NCBI GenBank assembly: GCA_035711365.1
Contig: DASTCF010000106.1
Coordinates: 23,011 to 87,010, forward strand
Length of the DNA stretch: 64,000 nucleotides
Direction of reading: 5' to 3'
From: Gemmatimonadales bacterium
GTDB taxonomy: Bacteria > Gemmatimonadota > Gemmatimonadetes > Gemmatimonadales > GWC2-71-9
Below are positions 7,486-16,800 of this stretch, piece by piece. The position numbers and the translations under genes were made by a program. The notes under the pieces were generated by a model. That model did no database searches. It saw only the letters and a list, made by a program, of their open reading frames with translations, and had not been told where the DNA came from. Each line of letters starts with the position of its first letter. Positions within the stretch are counted from its first letter, which is position 1.

Positions 7486-10400
7486 TTCCCGGGATGACTA
7501 TGCTCCGCCGATTCGGCCTTGCCGCAACGTTGCTCCTCGCTGCACCCTCGGCGCTGGCCGCGCAGTACTTCGGCCAGAACCGGGTGCAGTACACCAAGTT
7601 CGACTTCGAAGTCATCAAGACCGAGCACTTCGACATCTACTTTTATGAACGTGAGCGGGCCGCGGCGATGGACGCGGGCCGGATCGCCGAGCGCGCCTAC
7701 GGCCGGCTCTCCCGGATCCTGAATCACGAGTTCAAGGAGCGGAAACCGATCATCCTGTACGCGTCGCACTCGGACTTCCAGCAGACCAACGCCCTCGGCG
7801 GCGACATCGGCGAAGGCACCGGCGGCGTGACGGATTTCCTGAAGCATCGTGCGATCATGCCGTTCACGGGCTCCTACCGGGATTTCGAGCACGTGCTGAT
7901 GCACGAGATGGTCCACCAGTTCCAGTACGACACGTGGGCCAGGGGCCGGGCCGGCGCCGGGCTCTCGACGATCATCGCCGTCAATCCACCGCTCTGGTTC
8001 GCGGAAGGAATGGCCGAATACCTCTCGCTCGGGGGGATCACTCCCGAGACGGCGATGTGGCTCCGGGACGCGACTCTCGAAGGCAAGCTCCCGACCATCG
8101 CCCAGCTGACCAACGATCCATACATCTTCCCGTACCGGTTCGGCCACGCGATCTGGAGCTACATCGGGTCGCGCTGGGGCGACGAAGCCGTCGGCGCGAT
8201 CCTCCAGGGCACGCTGAGCGGGGGGCTGGATGCGTCCTTCCGTCGGGTGCTGGGGCTGAGCCTGGAGCAGCTCTCGACCCAGTGGCGGGACGACGTGCAG
8301 CGGGAATACCTGCCCGACGTTGCGGCACGGCAGCGCGCCCGCGGAGTCGGCGCCCCGCTCCTGACCAAGGAGCTTTCAGGCGGCACGCTGCACGTGGCAC
8401 CGGCCCTGTCACCCGACGGGTCGCTGATCGCGTATCTCAGCGAGCGCAATTTCTACTTCGTCGATTTCTATCTGGCCGACGGGCGCACGGGCAAGGTCAT
8501 CAGGAAGCTGGCCAAGTCGGTTTTCGACGCGAACTACGAAACCTTCCGGTACCTGAGCTCGAGCGCGGCCTGGTCACCCGACAGCCGGTTCCTGGTGTTC
8601 GCGGCCAAGGCGAAGGCACGGGATGACATCGTGGTATTCGACGTCAAGAAGGGCCGCGCCGCGCGACGCATCAAGGTGGACCTGAACGGGGTCACGAGCC
8701 CGGTCTTCAGTCCCGATGGAAGTCAGATCGTGTTCAGCGGGCAGGACGGCGGCATCTCCGATCTCTTCATCGTCAACCTCGACGGCACGGGATTCCGCCG
8801 GCTGACCGACGACAAGTTCGCCGACCTCCAGCCCGCCTGGTCGCCGGACGGCAGGACGGTCGCCTACGTCACCGACGAGGGACCCAAGACGAACTTCGAG
8901 ACGCTGCGGTTCGGCAATCTTCGCATCGCGCTGTATCACCTGGACACGGGTACGCGCGAGGTGCTGCCATTCATGGACGAAGGGCGGAACATCAGCCCCC
9001 AGTGGGCGCCGGACGGCAAGTCCCTCGCGTTCGTCTCGGACCGGACCGGGGCCGCGAACATCTTCCTGTACGAGCTCGGCGGGGAGATCTACCAGCTCAC
9101 CGATTTCTTCACCGGCGCCCAGTCGGCGACACCGCTGTCTCCCGCCCTGAGCTGGGCGCAGCAGGCCGACCGCCTCGCCTTCGTGTACTACGAGAAGCAG
9201 AACAACGACGTCTACTCGATCACCAATCCGCGGGCCCTCAAGCGCGATCCTTACCGGCCGGCGGCCGCGCAGCCCGCGGCCCCTCCCGTCGCCCAGGTTC
9301 AGGTCCCTTCCCCGGCGGACACGGCCCAGGCACCGGCCGCGGTACCCCAGGCACGCGAGGGCGGGTCGATCTACAAGGCGCCGTCCGGCTTTCGGGCCGC
9401 GGGCCAGGCACCGGTCCGGGCCGATTCCGCCGGCAAGGTGATCGAGCCGGTTTCAATCGCCCGGCTGCTGGACTCCGCCACACTGGACCTCCCCGACTCC
9501 GCCGAGTTCTCGGTGGTTCCCTACAAGAAGCACTACACGCCGGAAAACGTGGCGCGGCCGTCCATCGGCTACACTCGCGACAATTTCGGGAACGGGATCT
9601 ACGGCGGCGGCGCGATACAGCTCAGCGACATGCTCGGCAACAACTCCATGATCTTCGCCGCCTACGTGAACGGACGGATCAACGAGGGCGAATTCCTCGG
9701 GGCGTACGTGGACGTAGCCAATCGGTTCAACTGGGCAGTAGGCTTCCAGCAGCGGCCCCAGTTCTACCTCGAGGGAACCGCGGTCGTCCCGAATGAGCCG
9801 ACCCCCGGCGAGTACACGTACGTCACCCAGATCCGACGGCTCATTTTCCGGGAGGTATTCGGCCGCGCCTATTACCCGATCAATCGGTTCCGGCGGCTGG
9901 AGTTCGGCCTCACCGCCGCGAACATCGACGACGCGAGCCAGCTCATCCTCGAGCCCTTCGACCCGGTCACGGGATTTCCGACCCGGGAGCCGCAGGAAGT
10001 GACCGACTACCGCCCGGGCGTGAACAACATCACCCCCGCGGTGGCGATGGTGTTCGACAACAGCCTCTTCGGTTGGACCGGGCCGTTCATGGGCCAGCGC
10101 TACCGGCTCGAGGTCTCCCAGACCATGGGCGGATGGAATTACCTGACCGGCCTCGCCGACTACCGCCGCTACGACAAGATGGTGGGCCCGCTCGTGTTCG
10201 CGACCCGGGCCCTGTGGGTCGGCCGCACGGGGCCGCAGGCGGACAACTACCTCTACTTCCTGGGCACCACGGAGCTGCTCCGGGGCCATACCTCGGGGTC
10301 CTACGAGCGGAACGAATGCCAGTTCCTGAATGACCCGGGGACCCAGACCGGCTGCGTCGAGCTCGACCGCCTCCTGGGCACCAACATGGCGGTGGCCAAC

Positions 10401-10694
10401 GCCGAGATCCGGTTCCCGATCCTCACGCCGTCGATGGGCACGCCGGCGGCGCTCCCACCGATCGAGGGCGCCGTGTTCTTCGACTACGGTGTCGCGTGGG
10501 ATCAGCACAGCACCATCAAGTTCAAGCGCGAGCCCGGCGATGATCCCATCAACGTCCGGACGCCATCGGCCACGATCGGGTTGTCGGCGAGGATGAACCT
10601 GCTCGGCTTCATGATCCTGCGCGCCGACTGGTCCGCACCCCAGGGACGCGGGATCAAGCCCTACTGGACGATCAGCCTCGGGCCCACCTACTGA
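7482..10694 (+). CDS. Large secreted outer-membrane protein: peptidase-MA-like zinc metalloprotease domain + PD40/TolB-like beta-propeller + Pro/Ala linker + Omp85/surface-antigen-like C-terminal barrel
   Basis: 1070 aa; alternative starts at ATG 7494 or 7500.
- Signal peptide LRRFGLAATLLLAAPSALAAQ.
- HEMVH at nt 7902-7916, followed by WFAEGMAEY (Peptidase_MA_2 pattern).
- At least five PD40-type repeats (SPDGSLIAYLS, SPDSRFLVFAA, SPDGSQIVFSG, SPDGRTVAYVT, APDGKSLAFVS).
- PAAAQPAAPPVAQVQVPSPADTAQAPAAVPQ linker.
- About 420-aa beta-rich C-terminus ending in an aromatic residue (WTISLGPTY). Confidence 0.75.
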   Translation: MIPGMTMLRRFGLAATLLLAAPSALAAQYFGQNRVQYTKFDFEVIKTEHFDIYFYERERAAAMDAGRIAERAYGRLSRILNHEFKERKPIILYASHSDFQQTNALGGDIGEGTGGVTDFLKHRAIMPFTGSYRDFEHVLMHEMVHQFQYDTWARGRAGAGLSTIIAVNPPLWFAEGMAEYLSLGGITPETAMWLRDATLEGKLPTIAQLTNDPYIFPYRFGHAIWSYIGSRWGDEAVGAILQGTLSGGLDASFRRVLGLSLEQLSTQWRDDVQREYLPDVAARQRARGVGAPLLTKELSGGTLHVAPALSPDGSLIAYLSERNFYFVDFYLADGRTGKVIRKLAKSVFDANYETFRYLSSSAAWSPDSRFLVFAAKAKARDDIVVFDVKKGRAARRIKVDLNGVTSPVFSPDGSQIVFSGQDGGISDLFIVNLDGTGFRRLTDDKFADLQPAWSPDGRTVAYVTDEGPKTNFETLRFGNLRIALYHLDTGTREVLPFMDEGRNISPQWAPDGKSLAFVSDRTGAANIFLYELGGEIYQLTDFFTGAQSATPLSPALSWAQQADRLAFVYYEKQNNDVYSITNPRALKRDPYRPAAAQPAAPPVAQVQVPSPADTAQAPAAVPQAREGGSIYKAPSGFRAAGQAPVRADSAGKVIEPVSIARLLDSATLDLPDSAEFSVVPYKKHYTPENVARPSIGYTRDNFGNGIYGGGAIQLSDMLGNNSMIFAAYVNGRINEGEFLGAYVDVANRFNWAVGFQQRPQFYLEGTAVVPNEPTPGEYTYVTQIRRLIFREVFGRAYYPINRFRRLEFGLTAANIDDASQLILEPFDPVTGFPTREPQEVTDYRPGVNNITPAVAMVFDNSLFGWTGPFMGQRYRLEVSQTMGGWNYLTGLADYRRYDKMVGPLVFATRALWVGRTGPQADNYLYFLGTTELLRGHTSGSYERNECQFLNDPGTQTGCVELDRLLGTNMAVANAEIRFPILTPSMGTPAALPPIEGAVFFDYGVAWDQHSTIKFKREPGDDPINVRTPSATIGLSARMNLLGFMILRADWSAPQGRGIKPYWTISLGPTY

Positions 10695-10714
10695 GCCGGC
10701 CCGGCTTCCTGACG

Positions 10715-10755
10715 CCCCGCGCTCTGGCCCTGCCACCGCGGGGTGTCTATTTTTT
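10715..10755 (+). terminator. Rho-independent terminator after the 1070-aa gene
   Basis: CCCCGCG (10715-10721) pairs with CGCGGGG (10737-10743). An inner TGGC/GCCA helix sits in the loop. Followed by tgtcTATTTTTTg. Confidence 0.65.
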
Positions 10756-12172
10756 GCCTGTGCTGCCCCGACGACTCCTGGGCGCGACCGCACTGGCGGC
10801 CTGCCTGACGGCCTGCCAGGGAAACGACGGCCCAACCGCCGGCCGCTTGCCTGCCGCGGCCCAGTCCCTCCCGATCACCAGCCTCCTTCGCCTGCCGCGC
10901 GCCGGCGGCAGCCCGCGGCTTTATGCAGGACCGGCCCTCGGCGAGTCCCCCTGGAGGGCACGCGGCCGGCTGCAACCACTTCAGCGGCCGATCGGGTTCG
11001 ACCTCGATCAGGGCGTGGCGTTCGCGGTTGACTCGAATGGCGGCCTGCTGGCGCTGGACCTGACAACCGGAACCTCCCGCACAATCCTCAAGGGCCTTCG
11101 CGCCGTCGCGCTCGGGCCTGAAGGCACCCTCTACGCGGTTGACGCGAAGGGCGCGCTGACCCGAATCCGGCATCGCCTGCCGGAGGCATCCGAGATCACG
11201 CTCCCTGCCCGCCTCGCCGCGCTGTACGGGACGGTGGACCGCCAGCTGCTCGCGGTGGAAACCTCTGACAGCACTCGCCTCAGCCTCCTCGTCGCCGGCC
11301 AGCCCCCACTGTCCGCCGCGACCCCGAAAGGCGAGGCGGCCGCGACTTACTGGGGGGATCTGGTGGCGGTCGCGACCGAAGAGGGCGTGTACCTGTGGGA
11401 TCCGCGCGCGGCGGAACCGCCACGGCGCATCAAGGTCTCCGGGAAGCCGCAGACGGTCCGTTTCTCCGCCTCCGGCCACCGGCTGTTCGTCGGTCGCGAG
11501 GACGAGGGTGTGGCGGTCGTCGACCGATATACCGGCAACCGCCTTCGTGACCTCGATGTCCCGGGGTCGGCCGCAAGCCTCCGGGTGGCGCCTTACGGCG
11601 GCTGGCTGCTCGCCCGACCCAGCGACGGGGACACGCTCTGGGTGGTGAACCTGGCCACTGGATCGTTCGCCGGCAGACTCCAGGCACGCTGGGGCTTCGA
11701 CTTGCCGACGGTCCTCGGCGAGCGCACCCTCCTGGTGCGCGAGGGCGGCGATGTGGTCGCGCGAGACCTCGGCCGGGAGGGATTCCCCGAAACGGGGCGG
11801 ATCCGGGGCGGGGCGAGCGACCTCTACCTTCCGGTCCCCTGGGCTCCCGCAGGCACGCCGCCGGACATCGAGCCGGAAGCGCCTCTGGCCGAGGACCAGG
11901 CCGACGTGGTCGCCGGAGACAGTTTCCCGGGGGAGGAAGCTCCACCGGAAGTTGAGATCAATTACTACCTCCAGGTCAGCCGTTCGCAGAACCCGGACTG
12001 GGCCCGCGCCCTCGTGGACTCGCTCAAGCTCGAAGGTCAGCCCGCGCTGGTGCTCGACCCCTTGCCCGGCGAGGATGCCTACCGGGTGGTCGTCGGGCCG
12101 TTCGCCTCGCGCGAAGGCGCGGAAGAGGCCGGCCGGCAACTCGGCCGTCCGTCCTTCATCTACCAGCGGTAG
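10754..12172 (+). CDS. Lipoprotein with a C-terminal SPOR (peptidoglycan-binding) domain and an N-terminal beta-rich, possibly propeller-like region
   Basis: Lipobox LAACLTAC|QG. C-terminal YYLQVSRSQNPDWARALVDSLKLEGQPALVLDP...YRVVVGPFASREGAEEAGRQLG matches the SPOR pattern. The TTG at 10754 lies inside the terminator T-tract, so GTG 10760 is a more plausible start. Confidence 0.7.
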   Translation: MPVLPRRLLGATALAACLTACQGNDGPTAGRLPAAAQSLPITSLLRLPRAGGSPRLYAGPALGESPWRARGRLQPLQRPIGFDLDQGVAFAVDSNGGLLALDLTTGTSRTILKGLRAVALGPEGTLYAVDAKGALTRIRHRLPEASEITLPARLAALYGTVDRQLLAVETSDSTRLSLLVAGQPPLSAATPKGEAAATYWGDLVAVATEEGVYLWDPRAAEPPRRIKVSGKPQTVRFSASGHRLFVGREDEGVAVVDRYTGNRLRDLDVPGSAASLRVAPYGGWLLARPSDGDTLWVVNLATGSFAGRLQARWGFDLPTVLGERTLLVREGGDVVARDLGREGFPETGRIRGGASDLYLPVPWAPAGTPPDIEPEAPLAEDQADVVAGDSFPGEEAPPEVEINYYLQVSRSQNPDWARALVDSLKLEGQPALVLDPLPGEDAYRVVVGPFASREGAEEAGRQLGRPSFIYQR

Positions 12173-12191
12173 AACCCGCAGGGGACCCTAC

Positions 12192-15100
12192 ATGAAACTC
12201 GCCAGGCTGGAGCTGTCCGGCTTCAAGTCGTTCGCCGATACCGTGACCCTTACCTTCGAGGAAGGGGTCACTGCCATCGTGGGTCCGAACGGCTGCGGCA
12301 AGTCGAATGTCTCCGACGCGGTGCGATGGGTGCTCGGCGAGCAGTCGGCGCGGCTGCTTCGTGGCGGGAAGATGGAGGACGTGATCTTCCAGGGAGCGGC
12401 CACCCGCAGGCCGGTGAACGTGACCGAAGTCTCCCTCTTCCTGGACAACAGCGACGGCACGCTGCCGATTGCGTATCAGGAGGTCCAGATCACCCGGCGG
12501 CTCTCCCGCTCGGGCAACAGCGATTACCTGCTGAATCGCGCGCCCGTCCGCCTGCGGGACATCCAGGACCTGCTTCGCGGCACCGGCCTCGGCGGAGACG
12601 CCGGCGTCGTCATCGAAGCGAAGATGATCGACCTCATGCTCTCCGACCGGGCGGAGGAGCGGCGATCGCTGTTCGAGGAGGCCGCGGGGATCGGGCTCTA
12701 CCGGGACCGCAAGCACAGCACGGAGCGGCGCCTGGAGGAGACCGCGCTCGACCTGCAGCGCGTCGAAGACCTCATCGCCGAAGTGCAATCGCAGATCCGC
12801 AGCCTCGCCAGGCAGCGCGGGCGGGCCGAGCGCCACGCGAAGCTGATGGAGGAGAAGTTCTCGGTGCAGGTAACGCTCGCCCGGCGCTACCTTGACCGCC
12901 TGGCGGCCGAGGTGCGGGAGAAGGAAGCCCGCCACGCGGCGCTCTCGGAAGCGCTGCCCCAGCAACGCGAGGACCTCGCCGCCTCGGAGCAGGCCCGTGA
13001 GGAGACCGCGCGGTCACGGGGAACGTCTGAGGCGCAGCGGACTGACATCGCAAGGCGGCTGGGGCAGGTGCAGGTTGAGTTGGGACGCCTGGAGGGAGAC
13101 CTCAACGTCGCAGCGGAGCGTCTCGCCAATGCGTCGGCTCGCAAGGTGCGCGCGGTCGAGGAGCGAGGGCAGATGGAGTCGCGGGCCCAAGTCGCGGTAC
13201 GGGAGCGCGACGCCGCCGCGCAGGAGCGCGACGCGGCACAGGCCGAGTACGACAGGATCCAGGCCGAACTGCTGAGCCGGGCCGCCGCGGAGGAAAGCGT
13301 CCGGCTGCGGCTCACCGACCAGCGCGCCGCCGTTCGTGGACTGGAGGAGGAGCTCCAGCGGAAGGCCCAGACGCTCCGCTCGCTCGAAGGGGAGCGGGCG
13401 GCCCTCGAGTCGGACCTCGCCGGACTACGCGAGCAGGCGGCGCAGGCCGCGACGCTCCGGGACGGGTTGCAGGAGGAGCTCTCCGGTGCGCGGCGCCGGC
13501 ACGAGGCCGTCACCGCCGACGCCGAGCGGCTCACGCAGGCGCACCGGGCCGCGGGAGCGGAAACCGAGCGGGCCCGCCATCTCGTCGCCGAAACGCGCGA
13601 ACGCGAGGCGCTGGCCCGGGCGGAACGGAGACGCGGCGAGGAGGCCGTCGCCCAGATTGCGGCGCGGTGCGATGCGCTCGACGAGCTCGAGCGCGACCGG
13701 GTGGGGCTGGCACCTGGCGCGGCGGCCCTGCTCGCCGCCCGCGACCGGTTCGGCGGGGCAGTCCTCGGGCCCTTGAGCGACTTCCTCCGCACCGGGCGCG
13801 AGCAGGCGGAAGTGGCAGAGCGACTGCTCGGCGAATGGGTGCACGCGGTCCTGGTCCGGGACGCCGCGTCGATCCCGCAGATCCAGCGCTGGCACGAGGA
13901 AACCCAGCCCGGCGCGGTCGTGCTGCTCCCTGCGGAGCCGGGACCTGCGCGGGTGAGCGGGTCGCACCCGCTCGAGCAACAGTTGCAGGTTGAGGATGCT
14001 GGCGCGGCGGCCTGGGTTCGCGCCCTCCTGGTCGGCTCGGAAATCCTCGACGGGATGGGCCGCGTCCTGCGTCGCGCCAATGGCGCCATCCTGCTTTCCG
14101 GTGCAAGCGCACCCTCCGGGCCCCTGCGCCGGCGGGCGGAGCTCGAGAGCCTGACAGCCGACCTGTTCCGGGCCCGCGGTGCACTCGAGGTCGTCGAAGC
14201 CACACTCGCCGCCACCTCGACGCGCCTGGCGGAACTCGAGCGTGAATTCGCGGAGGCGTCGGCTGCCGCGGACCGGGCGCGAGAGGCAGAGCGGTTCGCC
14301 GTCGCCGCCCGCGAGGACGCTGCGAGGATCGTGCAGACGCTCACTCGCGAGGCGGCGGAGTCCGAGGCGCAAGTCGCACGGCTCCAGGACCGCCTGGCGC
14401 GGTCCGAGCACCGCGTTCGCGAGATCGATGCCGCACTCACCGAGGGCGAGGTGGCCCAGGTGCGCCTCGAGGAGGAGCTCGGGCGGGGGCGGGCGCTGCT
14501 GACGGAGGCCGAGGGCGCCCAGGAGACGGCACGGGAGCAACGGGTGCATTGGCAGGTGCAACTGGCGCACGTCGAAGCCCGCCTCCTCGGCGCCCGGGAG
14601 CGAGTCAACCGTGCCCGGCTGAGCGGCGACGAGGCCACGGCCTCGGCGGAGGCCCTTGCCGGCGAGCTCGCCCAGCTCGAGAACGACTCGGTGACGATCG
14701 ACGCGCAGAAGGCAGTCTGGGAGGAGCAGCGGGCCGAGCGCCGAGTCGCGCTGCTCGAGCTCGAGGCAGCTGCGGCGGATGCCGAGACCGCCTACGCGGA
14801 GGCGCAGGCGGCGCTGGAAGCGGCAGAGACAGCCGTGCACCAAGGCCGGGTGCGGCTCGATGAGGCCAATGAGGAACACCACCGGCTGCAGCTCGAACTG
14901 GCGGAGGCCGGGTCCGAACGGCGGCGCATCGTCGAGCGGGTCGAAGCCGAGTGGCGGAAGCCGATCGATGAGCTGTTCGCCGGCGCGGCCTTCCTCGACC
15001 TCGATCTGGAGACCCTCGAGAACGAGGCCAGCCGGATCGTGGCCGCCCTCGAGAGCATCGGGGTGGTCAATCCCCTGGCAGTTGAGGAGTACGCCGAGGA

Positions 15101-15662
15101 GAGCAAGCGCCTGGAATTCCTCACCACCCAGCGGGACGACCTCGTGGCCGCCCGCCAGTCGCTGCAGCAGGCGATCCGCGAGATCGACGGAACCGCCCAG
15201 TCGATGTTCATGGAGACGTTCCTGGCTATCCGGGCGAATTTCCTGAACGTCTTCCAAACGCTGTTCGGCGGCGGCGAATGCGATCTGCGCCTGTCCGTCG
15301 CCGAGGATCCGCTGGAAAGCGAGATCGAGATCCACGCCGCCCCGCGCGGCAAGCGCACCCAGCGTATTCACCTGCTCTCGAGCGGGGAGCGGACGCTGGT
15401 CGCCACTTCCCTGCTCTTCGCGATCTACCTCACCAAGCCAAGCCCGTTCTGCCTGATGGACGAGGTGGATGCGCCGCTCGACGACTCCAACGTCGGCCGC
15501 TTCACCCGGTTGCTCGAGGAGTTCAAACGGGACACCCAGTTCCTGGTCATTACGCACAATCCGCGGACCATGCAGTCCGCCGATGCGGTGTACGGTGTGA
15601 CGATGCAGGAGCCGGGAGTGTCGACGATCGTCGGCGTCCGGCTGGGAGAGGTGGCGGCGTAG
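12192..15662 (+). CDS. smc: Chromosome segregation protein SMC
   Basis: ORF 11751..15662; start moved to ATG 12192 (MKLARLELSGFKSFADTVTLTFEEGVTAIVGPNGCGKSNVSDAVRWVLGEQS). Long Ala/Glu/Arg coiled coils. C-terminal LSSGERTLVATSLLFAIY...PFCLMDEVDAPLD. Confidence 0.93.
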   Translation: MKLARLELSGFKSFADTVTLTFEEGVTAIVGPNGCGKSNVSDAVRWVLGEQSARLLRGGKMEDVIFQGAATRRPVNVTEVSLFLDNSDGTLPIAYQEVQITRRLSRSGNSDYLLNRAPVRLRDIQDLLRGTGLGGDAGVVIEAKMIDLMLSDRAEERRSLFEEAAGIGLYRDRKHSTERRLEETALDLQRVEDLIAEVQSQIRSLARQRGRAERHAKLMEEKFSVQVTLARRYLDRLAAEVREKEARHAALSEALPQQREDLAASEQAREETARSRGTSEAQRTDIARRLGQVQVELGRLEGDLNVAAERLANASARKVRAVEERGQMESRAQVAVRERDAAAQERDAAQAEYDRIQAELLSRAAAEESVRLRLTDQRAAVRGLEEELQRKAQTLRSLEGERAALESDLAGLREQAAQAATLRDGLQEELSGARRRHEAVTADAERLTQAHRAAGAETERARHLVAETREREALARAERRRGEEAVAQIAARCDALDELERDRVGLAPGAAALLAARDRFGGAVLGPLSDFLRTGREQAEVAERLLGEWVHAVLVRDAASIPQIQRWHEETQPGAVVLLPAEPGPARVSGSHPLEQQLQVEDAGAAAWVRALLVGSEILDGMGRVLRRANGAILLSGASAPSGPLRRRAELESLTADLFRARGALEVVEATLAATSTRLAELEREFAEASAAADRAREAERFAVAAREDAARIVQTLTREAAESEAQVARLQDRLARSEHRVREIDAALTEGEVAQVRLEEELGRGRALLTEAEGAQETAREQRVHWQVQLAHVEARLLGARERVNRARLSGDEATASAEALAGELAQLENDSVTIDAQKAVWEEQRAERRVALLELEAAAADAETAYAEAQAALEAAETAVHQGRVRLDEANEEHHRLQLELAEAGSERRRIVERVEAEWRKPIDELFAGAAFLDLDLETLENEASRIVAALESIGVVNPLAVEEYAEESKRLEFLTTQRDDLVAARQSLQQAIREIDGTAQSMFMETFLAIRANFLNVFQTLFGGGECDLRLSVAEDPLESEIEIHAAPRGKRTQRIHLLSSGERTLVATSLLFAIYLTKPSPFCLMDEVDAPLDDSNVGRFTRLLEEFKRDTQFLVITHNPRTMQSADAVYGVTMQEPGVSTIVGVRLGEVAA

Positions 15663-15666
15663 GAAG

Positions 15667-15690
15667 AAGCGGGGAAGCGGGGACGAAGGT
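15667..15690. repeat. Octamer direct repeat (GAAGCGGG)x2 plus a degenerate third unit
   Basis: gaagcggg at 15667-15674 and 15675-15682, then gacgaagg. Starts 4 nt after the smc stop. Shares the 15-mer GCGGGGAAGCGGGGA, in inverted orientation, with the array at 56607-56632. Confidence 0.8.
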
Positions 15691-15759
15691 AGGTTTCGGC
15701 CTGGACCGGGCATGAGGGCCGGTTCAGCAGAATCACATATCCAAAGTGAGTTGCGATCC

Positions 15760-16800
15760 ATGCTGGTCGTAATGCGCCACGATGCCCGGGATGAGGACAT
15801 CCGCGCGGTCGTCGCGGCGATCGAGGCGATGGGATACCAGGCCCGTCCGATGCCCGGCAGGCAGCGGACGACGGTCGGGCTGGTGGGCAACGACGGGCGC
15901 GTGGACGGCTCCAGAGTCGGCGCGATGAGCGGCGTCCAGGAAATCATCTACGTGACGCAGCCCTACAAGCAGGTGTCCCGCGAGTGGAAGCCGGATTCGA
16001 CGGTGGTGCGGCTCCCGGGTGGCCTGACTGTCGGCGGCGAGGACGTCGTCGTGATGGCGGGTCCCTGCTCGGTGGAGAGCGAGGAGCAGATCCTTGCTGC
16101 CGCCAATGCGGTGAAGGAGTCCGGCGCGACGATCCTGCGGGCGGGAGCGTTCAAGCCGAGAAGCTCACCGTATTCCTTCCAGGGCCTGGGGCGTCGCGGG
16201 CTCGAGCTGTTGGCCCGCGCCCGCCGCGAGACCGGCCTGCTGATCGTCACCGAAGCGGTCGATCCGGAAGGCGTCGATCCGGTTGCCGAGGTCGCGGACA
16301 TCATCCAGATCGGTGCGCGGAACATGCAGAACTACTCCCTGCTGCGCCGCGCCGGTCGTGCGGGGAAACCAGTCCTGCTCAAGCGCGGCATGGCCGCGAC
16401 CATTCAGGAGCTGCTGCTCTCGGCCGAGTATGTGCTCGCCGAAGGGAACCCGGACGTCATCCTCTGCGAGCGCGGCATCCGAAGCTACGACAACCAGACG
16501 CGGAATCTCCTCGACCTGAGCGCGGTGCCGATGGTGCATTCGCTCTCGCACCTGCCGATCATCGCCGATCCGAGCCATGGAACCGGGCGGCGAGACATGG
16601 TGGTTCCGATGGCGCTCGCCGCCGTCGCGGCGGGCGCCGACGGATTGCTCGTCGAGGTGCATCCGACGCCGGAGCAGGCGCTCTCCGACGGCGGCCAGAG
16701 TCTCTATCCGGAACAGTTTGAAGGGATGATGCAGGAGGCACGGCTCATTGCGGAGGCGATCGGCCGCAGGATCGCCGAGCCGGTGGGGACTCGGGCGTGA
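15760..16800 (+). CDS. aroF: 3-deoxy-7-phosphoheptulonate (DAHP) synthase, type I-beta, with an N-terminal ferredoxin-like regulatory domain
   Basis: Start moved to ATG 15760 (MLVVMRHDARDEDIRAVVAAIEAMGY...). Catalytic core VVMAGPCSVESEEQ...ILRAGAFKPRSSPYSFQGLG...PVLLKRG...DPSHGTGRRD. Confidence 0.88.
   Translation: MLVVMRHDARDEDIRAVVAAIEAMGYQARPMPGRQRTTVGLVGNDGRVDGSRVGAMSGVQEIIYVTQPYKQVSREWKPDSTVVRLPGGLTVGGEDVVVMAGPCSVESEEQILAAANAVKESGATILRAGAFKPRSSPYSFQGLGRRGLELLARARRETGLLIVTEAVDPEGVDPVAEVADIIQIGARNMQNYSLLRRAGRAGKPVLLKRGMAATIQELLLSAEYVLAEGNPDVILCERGIRSYDNQTRNLLDLSAVPMVHSLSHLPIIADPSHGTGRRDMVVPMALAAVAAGADGLLVEVHPTPEQALSDGGQSLYPEQFEGMMQEARLIAEAIGRRIAEPVGTRA

Noticed and set aside
10725-10739. 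Weak sigma-54-like TGGCCC-tgcca-CCGC before the SPOR lipoprotein gene.
   Set aside because: Both elements match the consensus poorly, and the sequence forms the loop and stem of the intrinsic terminator, which explains it better.
12887-15947. Very long antisense ORFs opposite smc (13425..15947 minus, 840 aa; 12887..14638 minus, 583 aa; several 100-220 aa ORFs).
   Set aside because: Their translations are Arg/Ala/Pro/Gly/Ser-rich low-complexity strings with no motifs. They lie opposite a gene with unambiguous SMC motifs. Long stop-free alternative frames are expected at about 70% GC.
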